A DNA stretch of 64,000 bases from Sedimentisphaerales bacterium. GTDB taxonomy: Bacteria; Planctomycetota; Phycisphaerae; Sedimentisphaerales; SM23-30. The notes beneath the pieces are model-generated. The model was not told where the DNA came from and ran no database searches. It saw only the letters and a program-made list of their open reading frames with translations. Numbering within the stretch: the stretch's first letter is position 1; every line of letters starts with the position of its first letter. The DNA lies in contig OY759675.1 of NCBI GenBank assembly GCA_963662515.1, forward strand, positions 2,185,981 through 2,249,980, in the 5' to 3' direction. Below are positions 1 to 10,001 of the stretch, in pieces. The position numbers were made by a program, and so were the translations under genes.

Positions 1-1
1 A

Positions 2-760
2 GAAGCATTAAAAGCAGAAGGTGTTGATCTGCTAACTGGTGAAATAATCCACTCTGCGACTAAAACGGAAAAAGGAGTGTCCATAACCACTAAAAATGGG
101 AAATCTGTCGAGGCTGAAAAGATATTATTAGCAACCGGACGAGCAATGAACTTCGCAGGTTTTAACCTGGAAGCCGCTGGAATTATATATGATAACTCTG
201 GCATAAAAGTTGATAAGTATCTTAGAACCAGTAAAAAACATATTTATGCAGTTGGCGACTGCAATGGCTATTACCAGTTCAGTCATGCAGCTATGCATCA
301 GGGCATGATAGCCATAATGAATTCCATGATGCCGGGGTTAATGAAAATGGATTTCCGGAAATTTGTTGTACCATCCACAATATTTACTGAGCCCCAAATA
401 TCACAAGTAGGTAAAAGCCAGAAAGAACTGGACGACAAAGGCATTAAATACCAGACACACATAGTTCGATATGATGGTTATGGTGCTGCCATTGCCGAAG
501 ATATAGAAGCTGGATTCGTCAAGGTATTTTGCAGTTCAGCGGGCCGCATATACGGCGTAGTAATAGTCGGTGAAGGCTCAGGAGAGATGGTCAATGAATG
601 GGCTATGGCGATCCAATGCAAGATACCCATGCACAAGGTCATGATGCTCCAGCATTCATTCCCTACAATGGGATTTTTAAGCAAAAGAGTCGCTGAAACC
701 TGGATGATGGCTAAGATGAAATCAAAATTTATCCAGAAAATTTGCAAAAAGATGTTTTAA
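2..760 (+). CDS. FAD-dependent pyridine nucleotide-disulfide oxidoreductase (dihydrolipoyl dehydrogenase/mercuric-reductase-like class I), 3' part; the 5' end lies outside the window
   Basis: The frame is open from base 2, and the 'M' at 77 in the track is an internal GTG. It has an 'ATGR' motif, the 'HIYAVGDC' FAD-binding motif, and a C-terminal dimerisation-domain pattern ('FTEPQISQVG', 'HSFPTMG'). Confidence 0.75.
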   Translation, partial: EALKAEGVDLLTGEIIHSATKTEKGVSITTKNGKSVEAEKILLATGRAMNFAGFNLEAAGIIYDNSGIKVDKYLRTSKKHIYAVGDCNGYYQFSHAAMHQGMIAIMNSMMPGLMKMDFRKFVVPSTIFTEPQISQVGKSQKELDDKGIKYQTHIVRYDGYGAAIAEDIEAGFVKVFCSSAGRIYGVVIVGEGSGEMVNEWAMAIQCKIPMHKVMMLQHSFPTMGFLSKRVAETWMMAKMKSKFIQKICKKMF

Positions 761-880
761 TACTTTTATAACCTGTTATTAATAGGTACTTTATATAATT
801 AACAGATAAATTCTAAAAAAGTTGTTTTTTTATTTGCATCTTGTTTTGTTTGTGGTAAAATTATTAGTAAGTAGATAGAG

Positions 881-934
881 ACGCAAGAGAGAGTTGGCTG
901 TAGATAGCAGAAGCTGAATCTTGCGTTTTTTTTT
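881..934 (+). terminator. Possible intrinsic terminator after the oxidoreductase gene
   Basis: Stem ACGCAAGA (881-888) pairs with TCTTGCGT (919-926) and is followed by T9. The loop is long (30 nt), so confidence is moderate. Confidence 0.45.
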
Positions 935-1059
935 GCGCATTTTTCCCCTTTCTGAAGAGAGTAATATAACTGCTTAAACAAGAAGATGTTGTGTAACATC
1001 TTAATAGTGTATGGTGTTATAGAAAGAGTGTAAACTCTGCAAGAAAGTGAGAAAACTTT

Positions 1060-1857
1060 ATGAAAAAGATGATCTCTGCTGCGATTGGGCTTATATTGTC
1101 AACAACAGCTCTGGCTACCTATATGCCTGAGACATATAACAAAACAATATATGCTGAAGATACTACTGCCGTTGGCATTTCCGGAGACTACGCTCCCGGA
1201 TTTGGTACTGGCAGCATAGCAGCTAATGGCGTAAGTAAAAGTGAACTTCGCATCGATATTAACTCAATTTTCAATAGAAATGTGTTTACAAATGCGATCA
1301 AGATAAATGAACTGGCCAGTATTAGTTTTTATACAAAAAAAATTGGCTCTGATTCAAATCAGACTGTTGACTGGTATCTGGAAATATACACAAAGCCAGA
1401 TTTGGTTAACGATGATTCATGGTGGTTTGGAAGGCGTTTGACTATTGAACCTTACTTTTCTGTGCCGGGGGGAACAGCACCAGCAGACCAGTGGAATCAA
1501 TACTCAACAGACGAAGATGCCAGTAACCGCCTCAGAGTATTTGACTATTTTGCCACAAATAACTATGGTAGGTATACAGACCCATTCCTTAGCGATATTA
1601 CCTGTGGGAATGTCAGCTGGAATGACTACGGCTATACTACTGGAATTACCAGAAACTATAGCTGCGAAGAGATCATGTATATGAATATCTCTACTGGAAG
1701 CGGTTGGGCTGCAGGCTATAATGGCCAGGTTGATGGCTTGGTCATCACACTCACTAGTGGTGATACGGCTGTAGTGAATTTTGAAGTGCCAGAACCGGCG
1801 ACGCTTGGCGTATTGGCATTAGGTGGACTGATGGCATTTCGCAGACGCAGAGTTTAA
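1060..1857 (+). CDS. PEP-CTERM sorting-domain secreted protein
   Basis: It has an N-terminal signal peptide (MKKMISAAIGLILSTTALA). The C-terminus 'VPEPATLGVLALGGLMAFRRRRV' shows the PEP motif, a TM helix and an Arg cluster, which is the classic exosortase signal. Confidence 0.85.
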   Translation: MKKMISAAIGLILSTTALATYMPETYNKTIYAEDTTAVGISGDYAPGFGTGSIAANGVSKSELRIDINSIFNRNVFTNAIKINELASISFYTKKIGSDSNQTVDWYLEIYTKPDLVNDDSWWFGRRLTIEPYFSVPGGTAPADQWNQYSTDEDASNRLRVFDYFATNNYGRYTDPFLSDITCGNVSWNDYGYTTGITRNYSCEEIMYMNISTGSGWAAGYNGQVDGLVITLTSGDTAVVNFEVPEPATLGVLALGGLMAFRRRRV

Positions 1858-1871
1858 CAGGCTTTTGTTTA

Positions 1872-1904
1872 ACACCCACTTGCTCAGCAGGTGGGTGTTT
1901 TTTT
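1872..1904 (+). terminator. Rho-independent terminator
   Basis: ACACCCAC (1872-1879) pairs with GTGGGTGT (1891-1898) and is followed by a T-run. Confidence 0.8.
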
Positions 1905-2005
1905 ATACATATAAGCAGCTACCGCTATTGTGGCATTATATTTTTATGAAATGACTGCGTAGTAAATAAATTTATAGATAACTGCCAGATGTAATAGCGG
2001 GATTA

Positions 2006-4099
2006 CTATTTTGCCATTATTTCCAAAAGGTTGATACGGTCATCGGTCCAGGGCGTTACAGTACGCGGTATTGAGTTTATTTTTTCAGCCTTAATAGCCG
2101 GTGTAGCAATCACATCGGCATCAGAACAAAGCAGAACCCAATTGCTGGTAAAAGTAGCCGTTTCATCGCCATCATCGGAAACCCAGGCACTATTAAGGCC
2201 TGCATCTGAGGCCAGAGACAAAACCAGAGCGGGCAGATCAAGGTGATTATTCGAGAGATGAAAGGCCAAAATGCCATCAGGAGCCAGATGCTGCTGGTAT
2301 ATCTGGAGAGCCTCTTTTGTCAGCAGGTGCACAGGCACAGAGTCGCTGGAGAATGCATCAATTATAAGCAGATCAAAGCACTGTTTTTGTTGACGGGCCA
2401 TTACCAGACGCGCATCTCCAAGATAGATATCATAATGTGAGCCGGCGAAATCGCTCAGAAATGTAAACCATTTATCATTAGCCGCCAGAGCAATAACATC
2501 AGGGTTTATTTCATAAAAAGCAAAAATATCGCCGGGCTTACTATATGTTGCCACGGTACCCACCCCCAGTCCAATAACACCTATCTTACGGTTTTGCTTT
2601 TGCTCTATAGCATTAAAGGCGAGCCCCGCCCCACTATGATAACCGTAATAAGCTGTAGGGGTCTTTCTTTTTGATGGGTCAGTAAATTGAATACCATGAT
2701 AGGTTGTGCCATGCTGAAGAATAAGACGCTCATCAGCATTGCCTTCATCTTCCAGCCAGAGCGTAAGTGTTCCAAAGAAATTTCGACTGAACAAAACAGC
2801 CGAACGATTCCCCATACCAACTGGCTTTGCAGTTAAAATGAAGGTAAGAGAAATAGCTGCAATGATCACAGTCCAGACAACCCGTCGCCTGACAGGGATC
2901 CTGTCCTGCACATCAGCCAGAATAGTAAGTAAAATACCTGTGAGAAGCCCCAGATTCAGCTCCATATCGGTTTTGAAGATAAGCGGAGCTACAACAGCAA
3001 CAAAGAAACCACCTAAACAGCCGCCAGCAGCAATGTAAAGATAATAACCCGTTACCGCCCCGTTTTTCGGTCGGAGCATATATAACTGACCATGACAGAC
3101 CATACAGCAGGTAAACAATAAGGCACAATACGATAATATCTGGACCATTATTCCGCAATCAGCAAAATGCAGTTGCAGCCAGATGGTGAAAACTATCGAG
3201 ATAATGAGAAGAAGAAGATAGAATGAGTGATAATACCAGCGGTGACTGTCAAAACAGATGATAAATGTTAGTAAATATATGCTCAAAGGCAATATCCAGA
3301 GAAATGGAATTGCTGCAATATCCTGAGTAATACGGCTGGTAATAGCAAGTAATTCGACCGATGCAACCGCAGGAAATGCCAGCCAGAAAAAAGCTCTGAA
3401 AGCAGATACTCTGCAATTATCAGACTGCATTTGCTTAGTGTCATAGAGCAACAAAGATGTATTTCTGAGATACCTGACAACCATCAAGCTACATAACATA
3501 ATCAGGGCAATAAAACCGGCCATTAGCCACGACCAGCCATAGACCTGACTCATTCGCCCTGAAAAAGGTTCAATAAAGAACGGATAACCCAGCAAGGCAA
3601 GTAAAGAGCCAGTATTACTCAGTGCATAAAGTCTGAATGGGCTTTTGCCTGGCAGACAAAGACCAAACCAGCTTTGCATAAGCGGTCCGGTAGCGGCCAG
3701 AAGCATATATGGACCTCCAACCGCCAAAGATAATAAAATAAGAATACTTGAAACAGGCTGGCTGCCTGATTGACCTGCCAGACTGCTATCTGGCAATGCA
3801 GGAAGAGACAATAAACATAGCAAAGCCAGAGTGCAATGAATAAGAACCTGTATAAAAGGTTTGAAAAAATAGGTAAGCAAATGAGCATATAGGTAGCCAG
3901 CCAATAGTAAAACCTGGAATAAAAGCATACAGGTTGTCCAGACTGCCGGGGTGCCTCCAAACCAGGGTAAAATAAAACGCCCCATGATTGGCTGCACGAC
4001 AAAAAGCAAAAAAGCACCACAAAATACCGTTAAGGCAAAAAAGATCAGCAATGACTTATTTGCTTGTATTTTAGTATCAGACATATTCGATATATTCAA
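2006..4099 (-). CDS. Fused polytopic membrane / spermidine-synthase-like (class I SAM-MTase fold) protein
   Basis: About 430 aa form a multi-TM N-terminus. The C-terminal domain has 'VIGLGVGT' and 'DLLIIDAFSSDSVPVHLLTKEA...PDGILAFH', which are typical of the aminopropyltransferase/spermidine-synthase family. Confidence 0.75.
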   Translation of the reverse strand: MNISNMSDTKIQANKSLLIFFALTVFCGAFLLFVVQPIMGRFILPWFGGTPAVWTTCMLLFQVLLLAGYLYAHLLTYFFKPFIQVLIHCTLALLCLLSLPALPDSSLAGQSGSQPVSSILILLSLAVGGPYMLLAATGPLMQSWFGLCLPGKSPFRLYALSNTGSLLALLGYPFFIEPFSGRMSQVYGWSWLMAGFIALIMLCSLMVVRYLRNTSLLLYDTKQMQSDNCRVSAFRAFFWLAFPAVASVELLAITSRITQDIAAIPFLWILPLSIYLLTFIICFDSHRWYYHSFYLLLLIISIVFTIWLQLHFADCGIMVQILSYCALLFTCCMVCHGQLYMLRPKNGAVTGYYLYIAAGGCLGGFFVAVVAPLIFKTDMELNLGLLTGILLTILADVQDRIPVRRRVVWTVIIAAISLTFILTAKPVGMGNRSAVLFSRNFFGTLTLWLEDEGNADERLILQHGTTYHGIQFTDPSKRKTPTAYYGYHSGAGLAFNAIEQKQNRKIGVIGLGVGTVATYSKPGDIFAFYEINPDVIALAANDKWFTFLSDFAGSHYDIYLGDARLVMARQQKQCFDLLIIDAFSSDSVPVHLLTKEALQIYQQHLAPDGILAFHLSNNHLDLPALVLSLASDAGLNSAWVSDDGDETATFTSNWVLLCSDADVIATPAIKAEKINSIPRTVTPWTDDRINLLEIMAK

Positions 4100-4128
4100 G
4101 GGCAGGTCCTCTGCTATCTTCTAATGTG

Positions 4129-5559
4129 TCAGGACAATTCCTGGTTTATAATCTTTGCAGACTCGGTTATCTGCTTTAACTCAGGTAATTGCTTCTTTGA
4201 ATTTACACCCAGCTCATTAAACCGCCTGGCTGATACCAGAACACGAGATTCGAGCGTCCCAACCGAGCTGTTATAGCCGGAGACAGCCTTTTCCAGGCCA
4301 TCACGAACTTTATCAAAATGACTGGCCAAAAGACAAATGCGTTCGTACAGTTCTTGCCCCAGATCACTAATGCGTCTGGCATTCTCTGCTACTTTTTCCT
4401 GACGCCAGCCATACGCAACGGCTTTCAGCATAGCGATAAGGGTAGTAGGTGTAGCAATAATAATATTTCTTTCTATACCATATTCTATCAATTGAGGGTC
4501 CCGTTCCAGAGCGGCACTGAAAAATGCTTCTCCTGGAATGAATAAAACAGCGAATTCCGGACTTCCATCATAATTAGCCCAGTACGATTTCTGTCCGAGC
4601 TGCTTGAAATGTTCACGAACCTGCCGGGAATGATCCTGCATTAGTTTTTCTTTCTGCTGAGGATCAGCAACCTGACTGGCAGAAAGATATGCATCAAGCG
4701 ATACTTTCGAGTCAACTACAATAGTCTTATCGCCTGGCAGCTTAACAATCATGTCAGGTCTTTGCAGTTTACCCTCACCATCTCTGACACTGTCCTGAGT
4801 TACAAAATCACAATATTCCAGCATTCCAGCCAGTTCCGCAACCCTTTGCAGCTGCATTTCCCCCCATCTACCCCGCCCTTCTGGCCTGCGCAGGGCCTGA
4901 ACGAGACTGGCAGTTTCCGTATTAAGCAGCTTTTGTCCTTCTGATAGATTTTTAACCTGCTCAGCCAGTCCAATATAAGCCTGATTTCTGCTTTTTTCCA
5001 GTTCACGGAGCTGCAAATCAACCTTTGATAGAGTTTCTTTCATCGGATTGATCATTTTATCACCGGCGATCTCAACAAAAGACTGGGTATTATTCTTCAA
5101 AGCATCAGCAGATATGGCCTTGAAGGTTTCAGTCAGCTCCTGACGGGCCGACTGTAACAGCTCTATCTTTTCCTGGGCATTTTTCACAGATTCCTGAGCT
5201 TTTGCCTGAATCTGAGCCAGCTCCTGCTTAAGTGCAATTATCTCCAGCTGGGAATCTCTGTACTGCTTTTCGAGTACACCAAATTGTTCAGCAGCTTTCT
5301 GGGCGGCACTGCGTAACTCAATTTCCCGCTGCAATTTATCATTGAGGTCAGATATTTCCAGCCTGCTTTTTTCACGATCAGATACAAGCTCGCTTATTCT
5401 GGCATCTCGATCAGATATTTGCCGATCAGCAACAGCCTGAGCAGCGTTTAACCTTTCTGCAGCAATCAGGGCTAATGCATTCTGCTTACTGCGCAGGAGA
5501 AAGAAACAACAGGCAAAACCAATTAATGCACCAATAAAAATATATAAAAAGTCTATCAT
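4129..5559 (-). CDS. rmuC: DNA recombination protein RmuC
   Basis: It has an N-terminal TM helix, a long coiled coil, then 'GRGRWGEMQLQRV', 'RPDMIVKLPGDKTIVVDSKVSLDAY' and 'FIPGEAFF...ATPTTLIAMLKAV..GWRQE', which make up the RmuC nuclease-like core. Confidence 0.85.
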   Translation of the reverse strand: MIDFLYIFIGALIGFACCFFLLRSKQNALALIAAERLNAAQAVADRQISDRDARISELVSDREKSRLEISDLNDKLQREIELRSAAQKAAEQFGVLEKQYRDSQLEIIALKQELAQIQAKAQESVKNAQEKIELLQSARQELTETFKAISADALKNNTQSFVEIAGDKMINPMKETLSKVDLQLRELEKSRNQAYIGLAEQVKNLSEGQKLLNTETASLVQALRRPEGRGRWGEMQLQRVAELAGMLEYCDFVTQDSVRDGEGKLQRPDMIVKLPGDKTIVVDSKVSLDAYLSASQVADPQQKEKLMQDHSRQVREHFKQLGQKSYWANYDGSPEFAVLFIPGEAFFSAALERDPQLIEYGIERNIIIATPTTLIAMLKAVAYGWRQEKVAENARRISDLGQELYERICLLASHFDKVRDGLEKAVSGYNSSVGTLESRVLVSARRFNELGVNSKKQLPELKQITESAKIINQELS

Positions 5560-5611
5560 AGAATGATCCTAATAGCGTCCCTGTCATATTCGAGTATATA
5601 AAGATGATATG

Positions 5612-6592
5612 CTATTTAATTCTTACCAGCCTTTTTTCAATGGCGGGAGGCGGATATTGCCCTGCCTGACGCAGGTCATTGAGAAATCGATTCCCATCCT
5701 GATAATAGCCTGCAGTCGGCTTCAGTTCTGGAATGAATTGCTGGAAATATAAATTGATTTGTTCGATCAACATTTCACGAGTAAGTTTGCTGGCCATAGA
5801 TGCCAGTGAGACTGGCAACTGCTTTTGATCTCCTTTAGCTATAAAATGGATCTTCATAGCTCTGTCACCCTCAATTATGTGATAGCTGCTCACCTGCTGT
5901 GTTTGTTTAAGTTCATTGAGCCTGGCATAAGGGAAAAGTTTTTGCAATTTATCACGATAATTAGCTCTTCCACCCTGTTTATCAACAATAATATTGAGCT
6001 TGTCATAGCCAAAGCATTCCCAGGCATAATAAATATGCTGACAGGCCAGATTAAAAAGGACAACGGCTTTATTCCCTGTAAGCTCAACCTGTTGATTATA
6101 TTCCATAACATCTAAAGGTATCGTTTTAATGTATTCGATAGAAACCGAAGCTTTTTTCATGGCTCGCCAAAGACAACTGGCCGCAATAGCCGTATCGGAG
6201 CGATCATAGCAAATTTTGCTATCCAGTAGCTGGGCATACCAGGGATAGTCGTTAAACTGCTTAAAATTGTCGTATTTCAAAAAGGTAAGATAATCGCGAA
6301 TAGTTCCTGGGAAATCCATTTGAGCTGCAGAATCAGAGGCAGCCGCCCGAGCGGCAAAAACACTTCGAGCTAAAAGTGAATAATCACCTACAGTATTATG
6401 TAGCTTTTTGCTATCATTAATGATAACCCTGCCTTTGCTGCCAGTTTTAGCCAAAGCAACCCCTGTCTCAAGCAGTTGCCAAAGCGACTGAGATAACATA
6501 TCATCAGGCAGTGAAAAAGCCGCCGAAGAAACTACCAGAGGGCCTAATAAAGGCCCATACCCAGCTTCGTCTATTCCTACAATTATAGCCAT
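5612..6592 (-). CDS. RNase HII-family protein, unusually long (326 aa)
   Basis: It has the N-terminal 'GIDEAGYGPLLGPLV' motif (RNase HII 'GIDEAGRGPL'), 'NDSKKL', and a late 'AKGDQKQLPVSLASMASKLTRE' segment (the aD...vAaASIlAK.tRd pattern). The extra ~120 aa between motifs is not explained. Confidence 0.55.
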   Translation of the reverse strand: MAIIVGIDEAGYGPLLGPLVVSSAAFSLPDDMLSQSLWQLLETGVALAKTGSKGRVIINDSKKLHNTVGDYSLLARSVFAARAAASDSAAQMDFPGTIRDYLTFLKYDNFKQFNDYPWYAQLLDSKICYDRSDTAIAASCLWRAMKKASVSIEYIKTIPLDVMEYNQQVELTGNKAVVLFNLACQHIYYAWECFGYDKLNIIVDKQGGRANYRDKLQKLFPYARLNELKQTQQVSSYHIIEGDRAMKIHFIAKGDQKQLPVSLASMASKLTREMLIEQINLYFQQFIPELKPTAGYYQDGNRFLNDLRQAGQYPPPAIEKRLVRIK

Positions 6593-6682
6593 AGTAAGGC
6601 ATTATAACATAAATCCATAAACTGACTAGGGAAAAACCTCAGGGTATCTGGCCAGGGCATACTTATTGTAAGAGATTTATTA

Positions 6683-8407
6683 TCAGTGATTTACGATATA
6701 GAGCAAATCGCCAACGGCATCTTGCATATTTGTAACCTGATTAATAAGTGTATCGGAAGAAGAAGAGAAATTCCTGGTTTCCAAAGCATATTGCCTGATT
6801 ACGCTATCAATAACTGCCACTGTGGAATTTAACTGGCTAATGCCAGTAGCCTGTTCTTTAGAAGCATTTGCAATTTCAGTCAGAAAAGAAGCGACTTTGC
6901 GGGCACTTTCTCCAACATTGGTAAAAGTCTCTCCTGCCTTTTGGGCTAATTCCGAACCACTATTGACCCGGGCTATGGTCGTATCAATAAGATTTGCGGT
7001 ACTGTCAGCTGCCTGGGCCGACCTCATAGCCAGATTTCTTACCTCTTCAGCCACAACGGCAAACCCTTTGCCGGATTCACCAGCTCTGGCTGCTTCAACA
7101 GCAGCATTTAGAGCCAGTAGGTTAGTCTGAAATGCTATCTCATCAATAGCCTTGACAATTTTCGCTGTTTCTTCACTGGCCTTGTTTATGCCGGCCATAG
7201 ATGTAATTAATTGCTCCATTGATTCGGCAGTAGTAACCACTACATTATTAGTTTGACTCATATACTTATCAGCCATATCAGCACTCTGAGCATTATTCTG
7301 TGTCATAGAAAGCATTTCTGCCAGAGCAGCTGAGGTCTCCTGCACTGAACTGGCCTGACGACTGGCACCCTGAGCAAGTGATTCACTGGAATTTGCAATT
7401 TCACAGGCTGCACGAGCTACCAGATCTGTACCATTTTTAATCGTATCAGCGATCCGGCGTATAGAGTCTGCCAGAGAGCGAATAAGAATAAAAGACATAA
7501 TTATATAAATAACTATGCTTGAACATACTACTATCAACATAATGGTTATTGCTGCTTGTTTTTTACTCTGAATATCAAGTTCAACATCATCAATAATATC
7601 ATTAGTAATATTTAATACCTGATCGCCAGAAAGATCAAGCTGCCTGATAATTTCATTTTGTTTACTGGTTAAAGCCAGAGAATCACCAATATATATAAGG
7701 AATTTATCCATAGACTCAGATACTTCAACAGCACGAACTACATAGTCATCATTTTTAAGCGCCCGGGTAAATTCTGTCAGCGAAGATATATAAGATTGGG
7801 CATAGCCGCTTGATATTTCTTTGAATCTGTCAACATAGATTATATCACCAGAAGCCATAAACTGATTCTGCAAATTTTGTAATTGCATGAATATTATTTT
7901 ACATTCACGAATAACAACAAACATATCGCGTTCGTCAGCAGAGAGGTCTTCTCCTTCCATCTGCAACTGCGATTGCTTTTCATCCAACTGTAATTTTAGA
8001 TAGTCTAATTGTTTAAGTGAAAGTTCCAAAGGTTCAGTAAGTTTAACTGAAAGTTTATTAATATCATTGTGAACCGTAACTATATTATCAAAATACTTGC
8101 GATACTGTCTATATTGCTCTTCGAGCACCTTAGCTTTTTCTAAAGCTAACTGATTGCTGATCTGTGAAATTGAAGTTAATACCGCATCTGAACTGGTGTA
8201 GAAATTATCACATAACTCTTTGCTGTAGAATTGCATATAAGTTTTTTCGACAAGTCTGTTTTTCTGAATAAAGCTACCTATTGCATTTATTTCATTTTTT
8301 AGTTCCTGACCACGATCGATACCATTAAAACTCAATAAACCAGTAAAACATACAGCAATTATTACTGATATAGAAAAGCACACAAAAAGCATTAACTTCT
8401 TCTTCAT
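6683..8407 (-). CDS. Methyl-accepting chemotaxis protein
   Basis: Two TM segments flank a helical sensor region. The signalling hairpin reads '[36 protein letters not shown]'. Confidence 0.9.
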   Translation of the reverse strand: MKKKLMLFVCFSISVIIAVCFTGLLSFNGIDRGQELKNEINAIGSFIQKNRLVEKTYMQFYSKELCDNFYTSSDAVLTSISQISNQLALEKAKVLEEQYRQYRKYFDNIVTVHNDINKLSVKLTEPLELSLKQLDYLKLQLDEKQSQLQMEGEDLSADERDMFVVIRECKIIFMQLQNLQNQFMASGDIIYVDRFKEISSGYAQSYISSLTEFTRALKNDDYVVRAVEVSESMDKFLIYIGDSLALTSKQNEIIRQLDLSGDQVLNITNDIIDDVELDIQSKKQAAITIMLIVVCSSIVIYIIMSFILIRSLADSIRRIADTIKNGTDLVARAACEIANSSESLAQGASRQASSVQETSAALAEMLSMTQNNAQSADMADKYMSQTNNVVVTTAESMEQLITSMAGINKASEETAKIVKAIDEIAFQTNLLALNAAVEAARAGESGKGFAVVAEEVRNLAMRSAQAADSTANLIDTTIARVNSGSELAQKAGETFTNVGESARKVASFLTEIANASKEQATGISQLNSTVAVIDSVIRQYALETRNFSSSSDTLINQVTNMQDAVGDLLYIVNH

Positions 8408-8502
8408 TGAATAATCTCTCTAACCCTATAATGAACAAACACTAACAACAATACTACACCAGCATTGGCAAGATATTAAGACATTATGGTGAATATAAAT
8501 TG

Positions 8503-8539
8503 CCGCTGGAGATATATCTATGCCATATATCTCCAGCGG
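8503..8539 (-). terminator. Strong hairpin between the Cache gene and the MCP gene (terminator or attenuator)
   Basis: A 15-bp perfect stem, CCGCTGGAGATATAT (8503-8517) with ATATATCTCCAGCGG (8525-8539). The trailing sequence on the minus strand is only moderately T-rich. Confidence 0.45.
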
Positions 8540-8547
8540 GTGGGTAA

Positions 8548-9132
8548 TTACTCACCAGTAAGTTTAGCTACTTCTTCATCACTCATATCATATACACCGC
8601 AACCTATGACAACTTCTGTGCCATCTTGCATTTTACACAGCTTAACGAAAGATACTTTAAGAGATGATTCTGATTCACCTGGTTTAGGCCAAAGATAAGA
8701 CACCCAACCCTGACCTTTTTCCCTTGCAATTTTATTCATTTCGGCAAAAAACAATTTGCCTTTCTTATCTTTTAGGCCAATAAGTCTTTTGCCCTCCATT
8801 TTATACTTTATTGGATGCATAAGCATAACACCTTCCATATCATGTACCCATATATAAGTACCGGCAAAGATAAACTCACTGTCTTTACCTTTGAAACTGG
8901 CAAATGCATCCTGCCCTTTTTCGGTAAGTAAGCTGCTGGCTTTTGTAACTTTGTCAATTATCATTTGTGCAGTTGGTTTTATTTTGGCACTGGCAGCAGC
9001 TGCGGCTTCACCTTCTTGCGATATTTTTTCTTTAGCGGCATCATCAACCTCATCTGCATAAACACATACAGGTGTAACCGCCAGAGAAAGAGACATTACT
9101 AACAACATGATTGTTCTTCTCACTAAAATCAT
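8548..9132 (-). CDS. Secreted single-Cache (sCache_2-like) domain protein
   Basis: It has a signal peptide. 'YIWVHDMEGVMLMHPIKYKMEGKRLIGLKDKKGKLFF...GWVSYLWPKPGE' matches the Cache_2 pattern. It lies directly upstream of the MCP on the same strand. Confidence 0.7.
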   Translation of the reverse strand: MILVRRTIMLLVMSLSLAVTPVCVYADEVDDAAKEKISQEGEAAAAASAKIKPTAQMIIDKVTKASSLLTEKGQDAFASFKGKDSEFIFAGTYIWVHDMEGVMLMHPIKYKMEGKRLIGLKDKKGKLFFAEMNKIAREKGQGWVSYLWPKPGESESSLKVSFVKLCKMQDGTEVVIGCGVYDMSDEEVAKLTGE

Positions 9133-10001
9133 TTATTCTTCTCCATTAAAACAAAGTAATAATTAACCAATTTCTTGGAGGTTGTATCCGTTCTTTTGAC
9201 AAGACACTTTAATGTCTTAAAAAATCAGCCGAACATCAATCAGGTTGCAATGAAACATAATAGACCAACATGTATTAAAATCGATAAACAATGGCTACCC
9301 CAATCATCTACTGAGATTATATAGCAAAAAGGAAATGAAGTTCCATAATCAAATAATTATACCGAAGAGCTGGCTAAGGAATACTATTTTGCAAAATATT
9401 AAAGGCAAACAGAAAAAAAATAATACCACACTCAGACCACCGTACAGTACAAGATCGCAAATTTATCACAATATTTTTTTTCAGACAACTCGATACGATA
9501 TTATTGGACCTGCCTCCTGATCCTACTTTACAGTATTTTACACCCATAAAATGCTGATAGAATGTGATAAATCGCAGAAATAGACATATCAAGCCGAATC
9601 AATAATACAATTATATCTAAAAGATACTTATTGTTGACCTTTTGTAACTTAATGCTTCAAACAATTGTGCGTTTTTAGCCAAAAATAATGCTGGAAACAA
9701 TCTTAATATATGTTAGAATTGTTCCGATTAACAGAGTAATTGCCTGATGTGCCATTATGGTTTATCAGACAAAGAGTTAAGCAGGAGAATCCATAGTCTC
9801 CAACACCTGTTGATAGTACCGGTTTTACAATAAGCATATAAATGATGTTGGTGGCTCTAACCAAAATGGGCACACCTGCGGCAAGCGGCGATTAAACTGG
9901 CTCGAATATAAATTATTTCCGAGTACAAATCAAAATAATTTATATATTATGGCAGCGAGTATTAAAATCCAAATAATTTAGTATTAGTTAAGGATAGCGA
10001 C

